Shown here piece by piece: positions 1 to 9,659 of a DNA stretch of 64,000 nt (within the stretch, counting starts at the first letter, position 1; each line of letters starts with the position of its first letter). The notes beneath the pieces were generated by a model. That model was not told where the DNA came from. It worked only from the letters and a program-made list of their open reading frames with translations, and made no database searches. Source of the stretch: an uncultured Spirochaetota bacterium (lineage in GTDB: Bacteria; Spirochaetota; Spirochaetia; SZUA-6; Fen-1364); assembly GCA_963781885.1 (NCBI GenBank), contig CAWAHW010000002.1, positions 608,001-672,000 on the forward strand, written 5' to 3'. Made by a program: the position numbers and the translations under genes.

Positions 1-1059
1 CTCGTGCAGATCATCAGTGCCGTGGCAATCGGCGCCATTGCGTGGTTCGGAGGCTTGCAGGCGCGCGGCGGGCTCATCAGCGTCGGCGGGATCCAGGCGT
101 TCCTCGGCTACGTCACCTTCATGATGTGGCCGATCCAGGACCTCGCCCGCGTCTATGCCGACATGCAGCAGTCCATCGCCTCCGCGGAGAGGACATTCTC
201 CCTCATCGACGCGGTGCCTGAGATCGTCGACGGACCGGAGGCGGCCCCCTCCGCGGCGGCCGGCTCCTGCCTCTCCGGCGACATCGAGTTCGACCACGTC
301 GACTTCCACTACCAGGAGGGAAAGCCCGTGCTCACGGACTTCTCCCTGCACGTCCGTCAGGGAGAGACGATCGCGCTGGTCGGACCGACGGGCGGCGGCA
401 AGTCGACGATCGTGAACCTCGTGTGCCGTTTCTATGAGCCGCAGGGTGGCGTCATACGGCTTGCGGGGCGGGACTACCTCACGATCCCCCTCCACGCCAT
501 CCAGTCGCGCATCGGCATGGTCCTCCAGACCCCGCACCTGTTCTCGGGCACCGTGCGGGAAAACATCCGCTACGGGCGGCTCGATGCCGCCGACGCGGAA
601 GTGGAAGAAGCGGCGGCGCAGGCAGGGGCGCACGATTTCATCCAGCGCCTGGCGAAGTGCTACGACGCCGAGGTGGGGGAGGGCGGCAATCGCCTTTCTG
701 TGGGCCAGAAGCAGCTTATCAGCCTCGCACGCGCGATCCTGGCGCGCCCGGACGTCTTCATCATGGACGAGGCCACCAGCTCCGTGGACACGCTTACGGA
801 GAGCCTCATCCAGAAGGGCATGGAAGCACTCATGCGCGGACGCACGAGCTTTATCATCGCGCACCGGCTGTCAACCATTCGCCGCGCGGACAGGATCGTC
901 GTGATTCAGGGCGGCACAATCGCGGAGATGGGCACGCACCACGAGCTCATCCAGGCGCGAGGCCACTATTACGAGCTGTACACGCGGCAGTTCCGCCACG
1001 AGCGCGAGGAGGGCCAGGAGGTGCTGGAGCTGCTGGGCAGCGACGCCGCGCCGGTGTAG
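1..1059 (+). CDS. ABC transporter permease/ATP-binding protein (MsbA/MdlB-like), 5'-truncated by the window
   Basis: Last TM helices, Walker A GPTGGGKS, signature LSVGQKQ, Walker B IMDEATS, H-loop AHRLST. Confidence 0.93.
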   Translation, partial: LVQIISAVAIGAIAWFGGLQARGGLISVGGIQAFLGYVTFMMWPIQDLARVYADMQQSIASAERTFSLIDAVPEIVDGPEAAPSAAAGSCLSGDIEFDHVDFHYQEGKPVLTDFSLHVRQGETIALVGPTGGGKSTIVNLVCRFYEPQGGVIRLAGRDYLTIPLHAIQSRIGMVLQTPHLFSGTVRENIRYGRLDAADAEVEEAAAQAGAHDFIQRLAKCYDAEVGEGGNRLSVGQKQLISLARAILARPDVFIMDEATSSVDTLTESLIQKGMEALMRGRTSFIIAHRLSTIRRADRIVVIQGGTIAEMGTHHELIQARGHYYELYTRQFRHEREEGQEVLELLGSDAAPV

Positions 1060-1121
1060 AGCGGATGTGCGCGGGCTTCGCTATTCTGACCCTTCCACCC
1101 TGTCCCGTCTCTCCCGTCATG

Positions 1122-2124
1122 TCATACCCGGAAATAGTGCGGCCCTTTTGGATCGTAGATCGTGCGAAGCGCACCGGGCAGCAGGTCCACGGCAAAGCGG
1201 GTGGAGAAGATCAGCTCGCCGTCGAGGTGCGCCGGGGCCTCTTCCCGGTATTCATAGTCTATCCTTGCGGTCTGGAAATACCTCACGGCGGGGTTGTTCA
1301 GGTGCGATGCCTTCTTCACCTCGCCGAAGATGCCGAACCTTTTGAAAAGCCCCATCGGCAGCGTCGTGCAGATGTCGAGGAGGCCATCGTTGGCAATTGC
1401 CCTTGGCGTCACCTGCAGCCCTCCCGCGAGCCTCCTGCCGTTTGCGATCGTGTTCAGGAATGTCCTGTGCTCTTCCACCTTGCCGTCCAGGGTGATTTTC
1501 ATCGGCTTTTCGCGATAGAAGAGGATGTTCTTGACGATGTGCCATGTGTACTTGGCCTTGTTGCCGCCCCGGACCCTGCCATTCGACACGGTCGTAATTC
1601 TCCGCGGCGATCTGCGCGTCGACACCGAGCCCCATGCCGTTGATGAAATACCTCCCATTGCAGCGGCCGACGTCCATGTCCTGCGTCGCGCCGTCGAAAA
1701 GGGCCTGCCACTGCGCGTCGCCGAATCGGTCGGGGAATCCGAGGATATGGATGAAGTCGTTGCCCGTGCCCGCCGCCACGGCGCCGAATGTCACGTTCTT
1801 CCTGCCGACGAGGGCCTGCGCGATCTCCCCCAGCGTGCCGTCGCCTCCCACGCCGACGATGAGCGGGTAACCCTTCGCCGCGTAGTCGGCGGCGAGCTCG
1901 GTCGCGTGGCCCTTGGCGCGCGTGAGCACCACGTCGCCGGTGGCGCCGTGACGCTCCATCATCTGGCGGACGGTGCCGGCGCAATGGGCGCCGTACCCGT
2001 TTCCCGCCACGGGATTCACGATGAAGACCCAGGGCCGTCCCTCCTTGTTTCCGGCCCGGGTGCCGCTTTCCTGTGGCCGCTCCCGCTCGCCGCGGGGGGC
2101 TTTTTCGTCCGAGTGGCTCGTCAC
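1122..2124 (-). CDS. Diacylglycerol/lipid kinase family (YegS/BmrU-like), split by one indel near 1588
   Basis: IVNPVAG, GGDGT and GTGNDF in frame 1252..2157; ANGRRLAGG, DGLLD and HLDGE in frame 1122..1658; GTG start overlaps the upstream stop (GTGA). Confidence 0.85.
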
Positions 2125-2846
2125 GTCGTTTTTTCTCCCATTTCTTGAAGTTGGCATCGCACTTTTTCCATTATTTCTTCATCACGCAGGCCGGCAAGCG
2201 CCCTGTAGGCAAGCGGCGCGCCGATGCCGATCCGGATCGGCTCCCGGGGGTTCAGCACGACGCTTCCCTTGCGCTTCAAGGCGAACGTGCCGCTGATCGA
2301 AACCGGAAGAACGTCGCTTTCGCTCTCCCGGAGCACCGCGACGAAGCCCCTCTTGAGCTGCTGCACCTTCCCGGTCACCGTGCGCGTCCCCTCCGGGAAG
2401 ATGCCCACCGAGACGCCACCGCGTATCTCCTTTGCCGCCAGGGCCAGAGCCTGCCCGGGCGCTGCGCGCGCTCGTCGTGTCGATGGGCACATAGTGGAGG
2501 ATCTTCAGGAGCCGGCCGAAAGGGGGATCCGCATGAGGTGATCCCTGCCCATGATGGCGATGCCGGGCACCGCGGCCATGAGGGCGGGGATGTCATACAT
2601 GCTGGAATGGTTGGCGACGACAAGGTAGGCCTTGCCGGGCTCCAGGTGCTCGCGGCCGCTGATGCGCGGGTGTCGCCCGAGCGTCCAGAAAAGGAGACGG
2701 GCCCACACCTGGCAGCCGACCCGGATAAAGGCCTTCCAGTTCACCAGGGCTGCCAGGCAGCCGAGGATGACCCCCACGATCGTCAGCGCATATCCCAGGA
2801 TATAGCACGCAAGCGTGGCACCAACCGTTCTCAAGGTATTCAACAC
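2121..2846 (-). CDS. plsC: 1-acyl-sn-glycerol-3-phosphate acyltransferase (PlsC-like), two compensating indels near 2520 and 2456
   Basis: NHSSMYD and FPEGTRT motifs; the intervening segment reads FGRLLKILHYVPID in a shifted frame. Confidence 0.8.
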
Positions 2847-2966
2847 GGCGTCATTGTATAGTCCATTTTTCGAAAATCCGCCATACGTTGGCTGGCGATG
2901 TCCGCGAGGCGCAGGGAAGCCGCGTGCGATGCTGGCACCGCCGCGTGCGAGGGTCTATGATGCGCC

Positions 2967-4262
2967 ATGAGGATCATCGTCGGCCACACGAATATGGACC
3001 TCGACTGCCTCGGCTCCCTCACGCTGGCCCGTCTCCTCTATCCCGGTTACCGCGCCGTCCGCAGCAGGCTGATCCACCCGGTTGCCCGGACGCTCTACAA
3101 CCTCTATGCGGACAGGCTCGACATGGCTTCCCTGGAGGACCTCGCGGGAGAAACGGTGGACGCCATGGTCGTCGTGGACACCAGGTCGGCTGCGCGGATC
3201 AAGGAGTTTCTCACCTGCATGAACCCCCTTCCCGCGTCGATCGAGGTGTGGGACCACCATCCGGCCGATTCATCCGACATCCCCGGCGCGGTTGTCCGGG
3301 AGGACACGGTGGGTGCCAACACCACCTTGCTCGCGCGTGAGGCGATGCGTCGCGGCGTCCATCTTGCTCCGGAAGATGCCACCATCGCGCTCACGGGCAT
3401 CTTCGCCGACACGGGCAACTTCACGCACGAGAACGTGCGCCACGCCGATTTCGACGCTGCCGCGTGGCTCACCGGGCAGGGCGCATCGCTCGTGCTCGTG
3501 AAGTCGTTCCTCCAGACCCTGAAGGAGGAATCGCAGATCACGCTGTTTCACGAGCTTCTCAACCGCCTCACCTACCAGACCATCCACGGTCATTTGCTCG
3601 TCACGGGATATATGGAGATGGACCGCCAGGTGGGCGGTCTCGCCGCCGTCGTCGAGAAAGTGCACGAGGTGGAGAACCCGGACGCGACATTCGCCGTGTT
3701 CTCCTTCCTCCGGCAGAATGAGACACTCTTGATCGCCCGCAGCCAGGAACGGGGCATCGACGTCGCGCAGATCCTTGCCCCTTTCGGCGGCGGGGGCCAT
3801 CACCAGGCCTCCTCCGCGCTCGTCAAGGGAGTCACCGGTCGCACAACATTCCATGCCCTCCAGGCATGCCTGAAGACGATGCTCGCCGAGGCGGCGACCG
3901 CGCAGACCCTCATGAGCCGCGAGTTCGCGGCGCTGGACGTGAATGTCTCCCTCGGGGATGCATCGCTCTTCCTGGAGACGCACGACCGCACGGGGGTGCC
4001 CGTGGTGGACGCGGACTTCCACCTCTGCGGCTACCTCAGCCTCCGCGACGTCGCCAAGGCGCGCCGCGGCGGGCAAATGGCCGCGCCCGTCGGTTCCCAC
4101 ATGGCGCGCCAGGTCGTTCTCGGCACGCCGGCGATGTCGCTGCGCGAGATCGAGGCGCTGTTCTTCACCCACACGGTTTTCGACGTCCCGATCGTGGAGA
4201 ACGGCAAGCTCGTGGGCGTGGTGACGCGTGACGCGTACCTGAAGGCGCGCGCGGCCTCTTGA
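2967..4262 (+). CDS. DHH/DHHA1 phosphoesterase with C-terminal CBS pair
   Basis: HTNMDLD, VVVDT, DHH, ADTGNF, GGGGH, then two CBS motifs. Confidence 0.85.
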   Translation: MRIIVGHTNMDLDCLGSLTLARLLYPGYRAVRSRLIHPVARTLYNLYADRLDMASLEDLAGETVDAMVVVDTRSAARIKEFLTCMNPLPASIEVWDHHPADSSDIPGAVVREDTVGANTTLLAREAMRRGVHLAPEDATIALTGIFADTGNFTHENVRHADFDAAAWLTGQGASLVLVKSFLQTLKEESQITLFHELLNRLTYQTIHGHLLVTGYMEMDRQVGGLAAVVEKVHEVENPDATFAVFSFLRQNETLLIARSQERGIDVAQILAPFGGGGHHQASSALVKGVTGRTTFHALQACLKTMLAEAATAQTLMSREFAALDVNVSLGDASLFLETHDRTGVPVVDADFHLCGYLSLRDVAKARRGGQMAAPVGSHMARQVVLGTPAMSLREIEALFFTHTVFDVPIVENGKLVGVVTRDAYLKARAAS

Positions 4263-4429
4263 CGCCGCGGGGCACCGCGGACGGGCGTCCGTACTTGACC
4301 AAGCTTCAATCATGGAAGCACACTCAGGCCGGTTGGTTCCCGGGGGCACGCCGCGCGCCGCCGGTGAACGAGGCATTCGCGGCTCGCCGCACCGGGCATG
4401 CGCGCGCCGCGTAAAGGAGCGGGCCTTCC

Positions 4430-7261
4430 ATGAACGATATGCTGGCGCATCTCTTCTCCCTCAAGACGGAAACACGCGGCTATTGGGCGGAGCGCATCGT
4501 GGCGGAGCTCGAGTACGCCGTGCACTTGTCCCGGGGCGCGGGGCGGCGCCACGACGCGCTCATCCGCGCCGCCATCGAGAGCCTCGCGTCCGCGCAATCG
4601 TCGCTGGGCGCGATCACGCGCGACATCGTTGAAGAGACCGAGGCGAAGCTCGCCAACGTCGCCGAGGAGGCCAAGAGTCTCACCATCCTGTGCCCGGCGC
4701 ACGCGCATATCGACATGAACTGGCTCTGGCGATTCGACGAGACGGTCGCCGTCACCTTGGACACGTTTCGCACGATGCTCACCCTCATGACCGAATACCC
4801 CGGATTCACGTTCTCCCAGTCGCAGGCCGCCGTCTACCGGGTCGTGGAAGAGTACGACCCCGAGATGCTGAAGGAGATCAAAAAGCGCGTGAAGGAGGGC
4901 CGCTGGGAGGTGACCGCCTCCACGTGGGTCGAAGCGGACAAGAATCTGCCCAGCGGGGAGAGCCTTGCGCGGCAGACGCTCTATACACGGCGCGCCTTGT
5001 CGCGCCTGCTCGACATCGACCCGGATACGCTCCTTCTCGACTTCGAGCCGGATACCTTCGGTCACAGCCGCAACGTGCCGGAAATCCTCGCGCGCGCCGG
5101 CGTGCGCTGGTACTACCACTGCCGCGGGGACGACGCGCACGTCCTCTACAAGTGGCAGGCGCCCTCCGGCGCGCAGGTGCTCGCCTACCGGGAGCCGGCC
5201 TGGTACAACGCCGCCGCGGGACCGTCTTTCGCGGCGATGGTCCCGGACTTCTGCCGGAAGCACGGGATCTCCGCCATGATGCGCGTCTACGGCGTGGGCG
5301 ACCATGGCGGCGGCCCGACGCGCCGCGACATCGAGCGCATCATCGACATGGACGGCTGGCCGCTTTTCCCCCGGGTCCGCTTCTCCACGTTCCGCGAGTT
5401 CTTCACGCTCGCCGAGCAGGCCACGGGGAAGCTGCCGGTCGTCAATCGGGAGCTCAACCCGATCTTCACCGGTTGCTACACCTCGCAGGCGCGCATCAAG
5501 GCGGCAAATCGGATGGCGGAGCAGCGGCTCATCGAGGCGGAGACGTTCTCGAGCATCGCCTCCGTGGTGACGTCCTCCCCGTACCGCACGGCGCATCTCT
5601 GCCGCGCATGGGAGGCGGCGCTCTTCAACCAGTTCCACGACATCGTCACCGGTTCGGGCGTGCCTGACACGCGCGACTACGCGCTCGGCCAGTTCCAGTC
5701 AGTCATGGCCGCGGCGAGCACCGAAGCATCGCTCGCGCTGCGCCGCATCGCCGCGCTGGTGGACACCTCCACGCTCGGGGATCCGCGTGAGGACGCGCGG
5801 GCCACGGTGTCGGAGGGCGCGGGCGCCGGCTACGGGGTTTCGGACTTCCGCCTGTCTCTGGTTGAACGGGGCAGGGGCAGGACCCGTATCGTGCACGTCT
5901 TCAACCCCCTTCCCTGGGAGAGGACGGGCAACGTGGAGGCGGTGATCTGGGACTGGGAGGGGGACCCGGCGCGTCTCCAGGCAAGGGATGGAAATGGCGC
6001 CCCGATCGACCATCAGATTCTGCCCAACCCGCAGCACCCCTTCTTCGGCGAAGGCTACTGGGACCACCATTACCTGCGCGTCCTGCTTCCCGTCTCGGCG
6101 CCCGGTTGCGGCTACGCGACGTACGCGATCTCGGAGGCGCTTCCCCAGGAGCTGCCCGTGCAGGAGCCGGACTATCCCCGGGTCGAGCGCCGGGACGAAT
6201 ACGTCCTGGAAAATGAGCGCCTCCGCGCCGAGTTCGACCCGCACACCGCGGCGCTCGTCTCGCTCGTCGACAAGACGTCGGGCGACCAGATGGTGGACGC
6301 GAGCCGGGGCGGGGGCATCTTCCGCCTCATCATGGAGGATGATGCGAAGGGGATGACGGCGTGGACGGTCGGCAGGTGGAAATCGGCGCGGAGCATCCAC
6401 GATGACGTGCGCCTCACCGCCGCCCCGGGCACGGGCGGCCTGCGCCAGTGGCTCTCCTTCGAAGCACACTTCGCCTCCTCGCGGCTGTCGGTCACGGTCT
6501 CCCTCGACCGAGGCTCCCCGGCGCTTTCCTGGAGCGCCGAGTGCGACTGGATGGAGATCGGGCGCAAGGGCGCCGGCGTTCCGCAGCTGAGCTTTTTCCT
6601 CCCGCTCGCCGGCGAGATGAAAGCGTACCGCTCCGATGTGCCCTTCGGTGTCCTGGATCGCCCGCCCGCGGACCAGGACTTTCCTGCCAACGGCTGGGCG
6701 CTGGGCCTGCCGAAGAAACCGGGCAGGACGTCTGTCATGCTGAACGCCGACCAGAAGCATGGTTTCCGCTGCGTGGACGACTCCCTTTCCCTCACGCTCC
6801 TGCGAAGCTCCTACGATCCGGACCCCTATCCGGAGCTGGGCGTGCATAGGTTCGGCTTTGCGATTGCACTGGTGGAGTGCTCATCCGCTGCACGCCTTGC
6901 CGCTTCCGCTTCCGAACGGGCGCATCCCCTCGCGCCGCTTTCCGGTACGGCGCACGCAGGATCGCTTCCTCTCGCGCAGGGCTTCTTCACCCTTGCGGCC
7001 GGCACCGTGGCGGTCTCTGCCGTGAAGATGCCCGAGGAGGAGGGCGGGGGAAGCCTTCTCGTGCGCCTGTATGAGACCGATGGGAAGAAGACCACGGCGG
7101 AGCTTCGCTTCTTCTGCGCGCCGTCCTCCGCGTGGCGCGTCGACATCAACGAGCGGAAAACCGACGGTGAAGTGATCCTCGATGGCCCCACCGTCCGCAT
7201 CGAGGTCGCGCCATTCACCGTCCAGACCGTCATCGTTCATTTCAACGGCTGCCGGGGGTGA
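4430..7261 (+). CDS. Alpha-mannosidase, glycoside hydrolase family 38
   Basis: HAHID zinc motif, PDTFGH nucleophile, YGVGDHGGG, NQFHD; SD AAGGAG. Confidence 0.92.
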   Translation: MNDMLAHLFSLKTETRGYWAERIVAELEYAVHLSRGAGRRHDALIRAAIESLASAQSSLGAITRDIVEETEAKLANVAEEAKSLTILCPAHAHIDMNWLWRFDETVAVTLDTFRTMLTLMTEYPGFTFSQSQAAVYRVVEEYDPEMLKEIKKRVKEGRWEVTASTWVEADKNLPSGESLARQTLYTRRALSRLLDIDPDTLLLDFEPDTFGHSRNVPEILARAGVRWYYHCRGDDAHVLYKWQAPSGAQVLAYREPAWYNAAAGPSFAAMVPDFCRKHGISAMMRVYGVGDHGGGPTRRDIERIIDMDGWPLFPRVRFSTFREFFTLAEQATGKLPVVNRELNPIFTGCYTSQARIKAANRMAEQRLIEAETFSSIASVVTSSPYRTAHLCRAWEAALFNQFHDIVTGSGVPDTRDYALGQFQSVMAAASTEASLALRRIAALVDTSTLGDPREDARATVSEGAGAGYGVSDFRLSLVERGRGRTRIVHVFNPLPWERTGNVEAVIWDWEGDPARLQARDGNGAPIDHQILPNPQHPFFGEGYWDHHYLRVLLPVSAPGCGYATYAISEALPQELPVQEPDYPRVERRDEYVLENERLRAEFDPHTAALVSLVDKTSGDQMVDASRGGGIFRLIMEDDAKGMTAWTVGRWKSARSIHDDVRLTAAPGTGGLRQWLSFEAHFASSRLSVTVSLDRGSPALSWSAECDWMEIGRKGAGVPQLSFFLPLAGEMKAYRSDVPFGVLDRPPADQDFPANGWALGLPKKPGRTSVMLNADQKHGFRCVDDSLSLTLLRSSYDPDPYPELGVHRFGFAIALVECSSAARLAASASERAHPLAPLSGTAHAGSLPLAQGFFTLAAGTVAVSAVKMPEEEGGGSLLVRLYETDGKKTTAELRFFCAPSSAWRVDINERKTDGEVILDGPTVRIEVAPFTVQTVIVHFNGCRG

Positions 7262-7327
7262 TCCCGGCGGCGTGGCTGGCCGCGCCGGAACGGCGTCGCG
7301 CGCCGACGATGAAGACTGCATGTCGTC

Positions 7328-7356
7328 TTGACGCGCACCCCGCCAGCCGCTATGAT
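7328..7356 (+). promoter_or_regulatory. Sigma70-type promoter for the small zinc-finger gene
   Basis: TTGACG-17 bp-TATGAT. Confidence 0.7.
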
Positions 7357-7382
7357 GCGGGCTCGATTTCACGGGAGGCGCA

Positions 7383-7589
7383 ATGGGAAAGACCCATCGA
7401 GGCAAAGGGCTGAAGGATCAGGTTCGCCAGGGTCGGAACGAATGCCCGGTCTGCAAGAGGACCGCGGTGAAGGTCGTATTCGAGGTTCAAGTCAAGGACA
7501 AGACGATAAAGGTCTGCAAGACCTGCAAGGCTTCCATCGGCCACGGCAAGCTCCAGAAGGAAGCGGAAGCGCTCGTTCCCGCCTCCTAG
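7383..7589 (+). CDS. Small basic protein with two CxxC motifs (68 aa), function unknown
   Basis: CPVC...CKTC, Lys/Arg-rich, SD GGGAGG, own promoter. Confidence 0.8.
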   Translation: MGKTHRGKGLKDQVRQGRNECPVCKRTAVKVVFEVQVKDKTIKVCKTCKASIGHGKLQKEAEALVPAS

Positions 7590-7645
7590 GCCGCCCCCGC
7601 GGTGCGTATCCGCACCACGCCCTCCGGGGCGCGGGCGGACATGCG

Positions 7646-7789
7646 TCATTTCTTCCGCAGGGCCTTGAGCACTTCCCGCGAGATGAGCCGAACGATTTCC
7701 TTTTCCATGCTCGTCTGTTTTGTCTGGCAGAGTTTCTTGAAATCCTTGTGAATCGGGTCCGGTAGCGCGCGGATCAGGATGCTTCCCAT
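7646..7789 (-). CDS. Small ribbon-helix-helix (Arc/FitA-like) DNA-binding protein, 47 aa
   Basis: MGSILIRALPDPIHKDFKKLC...SMEKEIVRLI follows the RHH strand-helix-helix pattern; not called as a separate ORF in the track. Confidence 0.7.
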   Translation of the reverse strand: MGSILIRALPDPIHKDFKKLCQTKQTSMEKEIVRLISREVLKALRKK

Positions 7790-7795
7790 GGGGAA

Positions 7796-7824
7796 ACAGT
7801 AACACCCGCCCGGAGCGGCGTCAA
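7796..7824 (-). promoter_or_regulatory. Promoter for the RHH gene (leaderless architecture)
   Basis: TTGACG-17 bp-TACTGT with extended TG, 6 nt before the ATG. Confidence 0.6.
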
Positions 7825-7903
7825 TGAATTCCGCGCCCCGCGCTGCCGCATTCCTTCTTTCAGGCGCCTTTGATACACTGTCGCATCCACGGAGGAAGAA
7901 GGC

Positions 7904-8311
7904 ATGACCGAGCCGGTATTCGTCGCGCTGCTGCTCGCCGACCGGGTGATCACGGAAGACAACCAGAAGAAGACCATCATCGGCACCTTCACGCAGTTCT
8001 CCGTTCGCCAGGTGCCTGCCGGCCTGCCGCCATGGTTCATCTATGCCGCCCTCACGAACATCGAAGGCGAGCATCCCTTTTCCGTCAATCTCGTCGTGGA
8101 CCGGACCCAGCAGGTCATCTTCTCCGCCGGCGGAACCCTGCGGGTGGACGAGCCGCGCCGCGTCGTGGAGCTGGTGATTCCCGTGCCGAATGTCGTCTTT
8201 CCCGAGGCAGGCACCCACATCGTCTCTTTCCACGTCGGGGGGGAGCAGCTTGCCTCCCGGATCCTCGACGTGGTGGTCGTGGATACCCATCCGAACCCGC
8301 CGCAGGCCTAG
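7904..8311 (+). CDS. Hypothetical beta-sandwich protein (DUF6941-like)
   Basis: ALLLADRVI...KTIIGTF and FPEAGTH pattern; SD GGAGG. Confidence 0.7.
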   Translation: MTEPVFVALLLADRVITEDNQKKTIIGTFTQFSVRQVPAGLPPWFIYAALTNIEGEHPFSVNLVVDRTQQVIFSAGGTLRVDEPRRVVELVIPVPNVVFPEAGTHIVSFHVGGEQLASRILDVVVVDTHPNPPQA

Positions 8312-8332
8312 GCAGGAGGCTTTCCCGCCCCC

Positions 8333-9649
8333 TCAGTCCTCGAAGCAGGCATCCTTCAGCTCGCATTTGCGATGACAGTGCTGCCGTCGCGACTCGAGCT
8401 GCTTCACGTACGCGGGGATATCCACCGTGACGGTGGCCGCACCCGTGTCCATCGCTGCCCGGGCCACGGCGGGGGCTTCCCAGAACAGGATGCGCGGATC
8501 GAGCGGCTTGGGGATGAGGTAGTCCGGTCCGAAGGAGATCGGGCCCGCGCCGAATGCGTCGTGCATGCAGGCGGGCACGTCCTGGTGCGCCAGCGCGGCC
8601 AACGCCCGCGCCGCGGCGAGCTTCATCTCGTCGTTGATGGACCGCGCGCGGACGTCGAGGGCGCCGCGGAAGATGTAGGGGAAACCGAGCAGGTTGTTGA
8701 TCTGGTTGGGGTAATCGCTTCGCCCCGTTCCCACGATGGCGTCTGCGCGCGTCTGGCGGGCGAGCTCGTAGCGGATCTCGGGATCGGGATTGGCGCAGGC
8801 GAAGACGACCGGGCGCGCCGCCATGCTCTCGAGCATCGCGGGGGTGAGGAGGTCCTTTCCCGAAAGGCCGAGAAAGACGTCGGCGCCGCGCACGGCATCC
8901 GCGAGCGTCCTCTCAGGGGTGTCCGCCGCAAGACGCTCCTTGTGGGCATTCATGTTCTCCCGCCTTCCCCTGTAGACCACGCCCTTCGTGTCCACGAGAC
9001 GCAGGTTGCCGCGCGCGGCGCCCATGGTGACGTAGAACTCCGCGCAGGTAATTGCCGCGGCCCCGGCGCCGCAGACGACCACTTTGATGGCGGAGATCGA
9101 CTTGCCGGTGATTTCAAGCGCGTTGAGAAGCGCGGCACCGGTGATGATTGCCGTGCCGTGCTGGTCGTCGTGGAAAACCGGGATGTCGAGCATCTCCCGC
9201 AGGCGGCGCTCCACCTCGAAGCATTCCGGAGCCTTGATGTCCTCCAGGTTGATGCCCCCGAATGTCGGTGCCATGGCGGCGACCGCCGTCACCATCTGGT
9301 CCGGCGTCCGCGCGTCGAGCTCGATGTCGAAAACGTCGATGTCGGCGAAACGCTTGAAGAGGATGCCTTTCCCCTCCATGACCGGTTTCGCGGCAAGCGG
9401 CCCCCGGTTGCCCAGCCCCAGTATGGCCGTGCCGTTTGTCACCACGGCCACGAGATTCCCGCGCGCCGTGTACTCCCAGGCGGCCGATGGCCGCCGCTGG
9501 ATCTCCTCCACGACGACCGCCACGCCCGGGGTATAGGCGAGCGACAGGTCACGCTGCGTGTCGAGCTTCTTCGTGGGAAGCACCTCGATCTTGCCCGGTC
9601 GGCCGGCGCGGTGGTAGTCGAAAACGTCTTGCGGGGAAATGTTCGCCAT
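8333..9649 (-). CDS. NAD(P)-dependent malic enzyme without a phosphotransacetylase domain
   Basis: [43 protein letters not shown]. Confidence 0.92.
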   Translation of the reverse strand: MANISPQDVFDYHRAGRPGKIEVLPTKKLDTQRDLSLAYTPGVAVVVEEIQRRPSAAWEYTARGNLVAVVTNGTAILGLGNRGPLAAKPVMEGKGILFKRFADIDVFDIELDARTPDQMVTAVAAMAPTFGGINLEDIKAPECFEVERRLREMLDIPVFHDDQHGTAIITGAALLNALEITGKSISAIKVVVCGAGAAAITCAEFYVTMGAARGNLRLVDTKGVVYRGRRENMNAHKERLAADTPERTLADAVRGADVFLGLSGKDLLTPAMLESMAARPVVFACANPDPEIRYELARQTRADAIVGTGRSDYPNQINNLLGFPYIFRGALDVRARSINDEMKLAAARALAALAHQDVPACMHDAFGAGPISFGPDYLIPKPLDPRILFWEAPAVARAAMDTGAATVTVDIPAYVKQLESRRQHCHRKCELKDACFED

Positions 9650-9659
9650 GTTGTCTTCC

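Noticed and set aside
4352-4406. Hairpin in the GH38 5' leader as a riboswitch
   Set aside because: Short GC stems are expected by chance at this GC content, and there is no known aptamer motif or terminator
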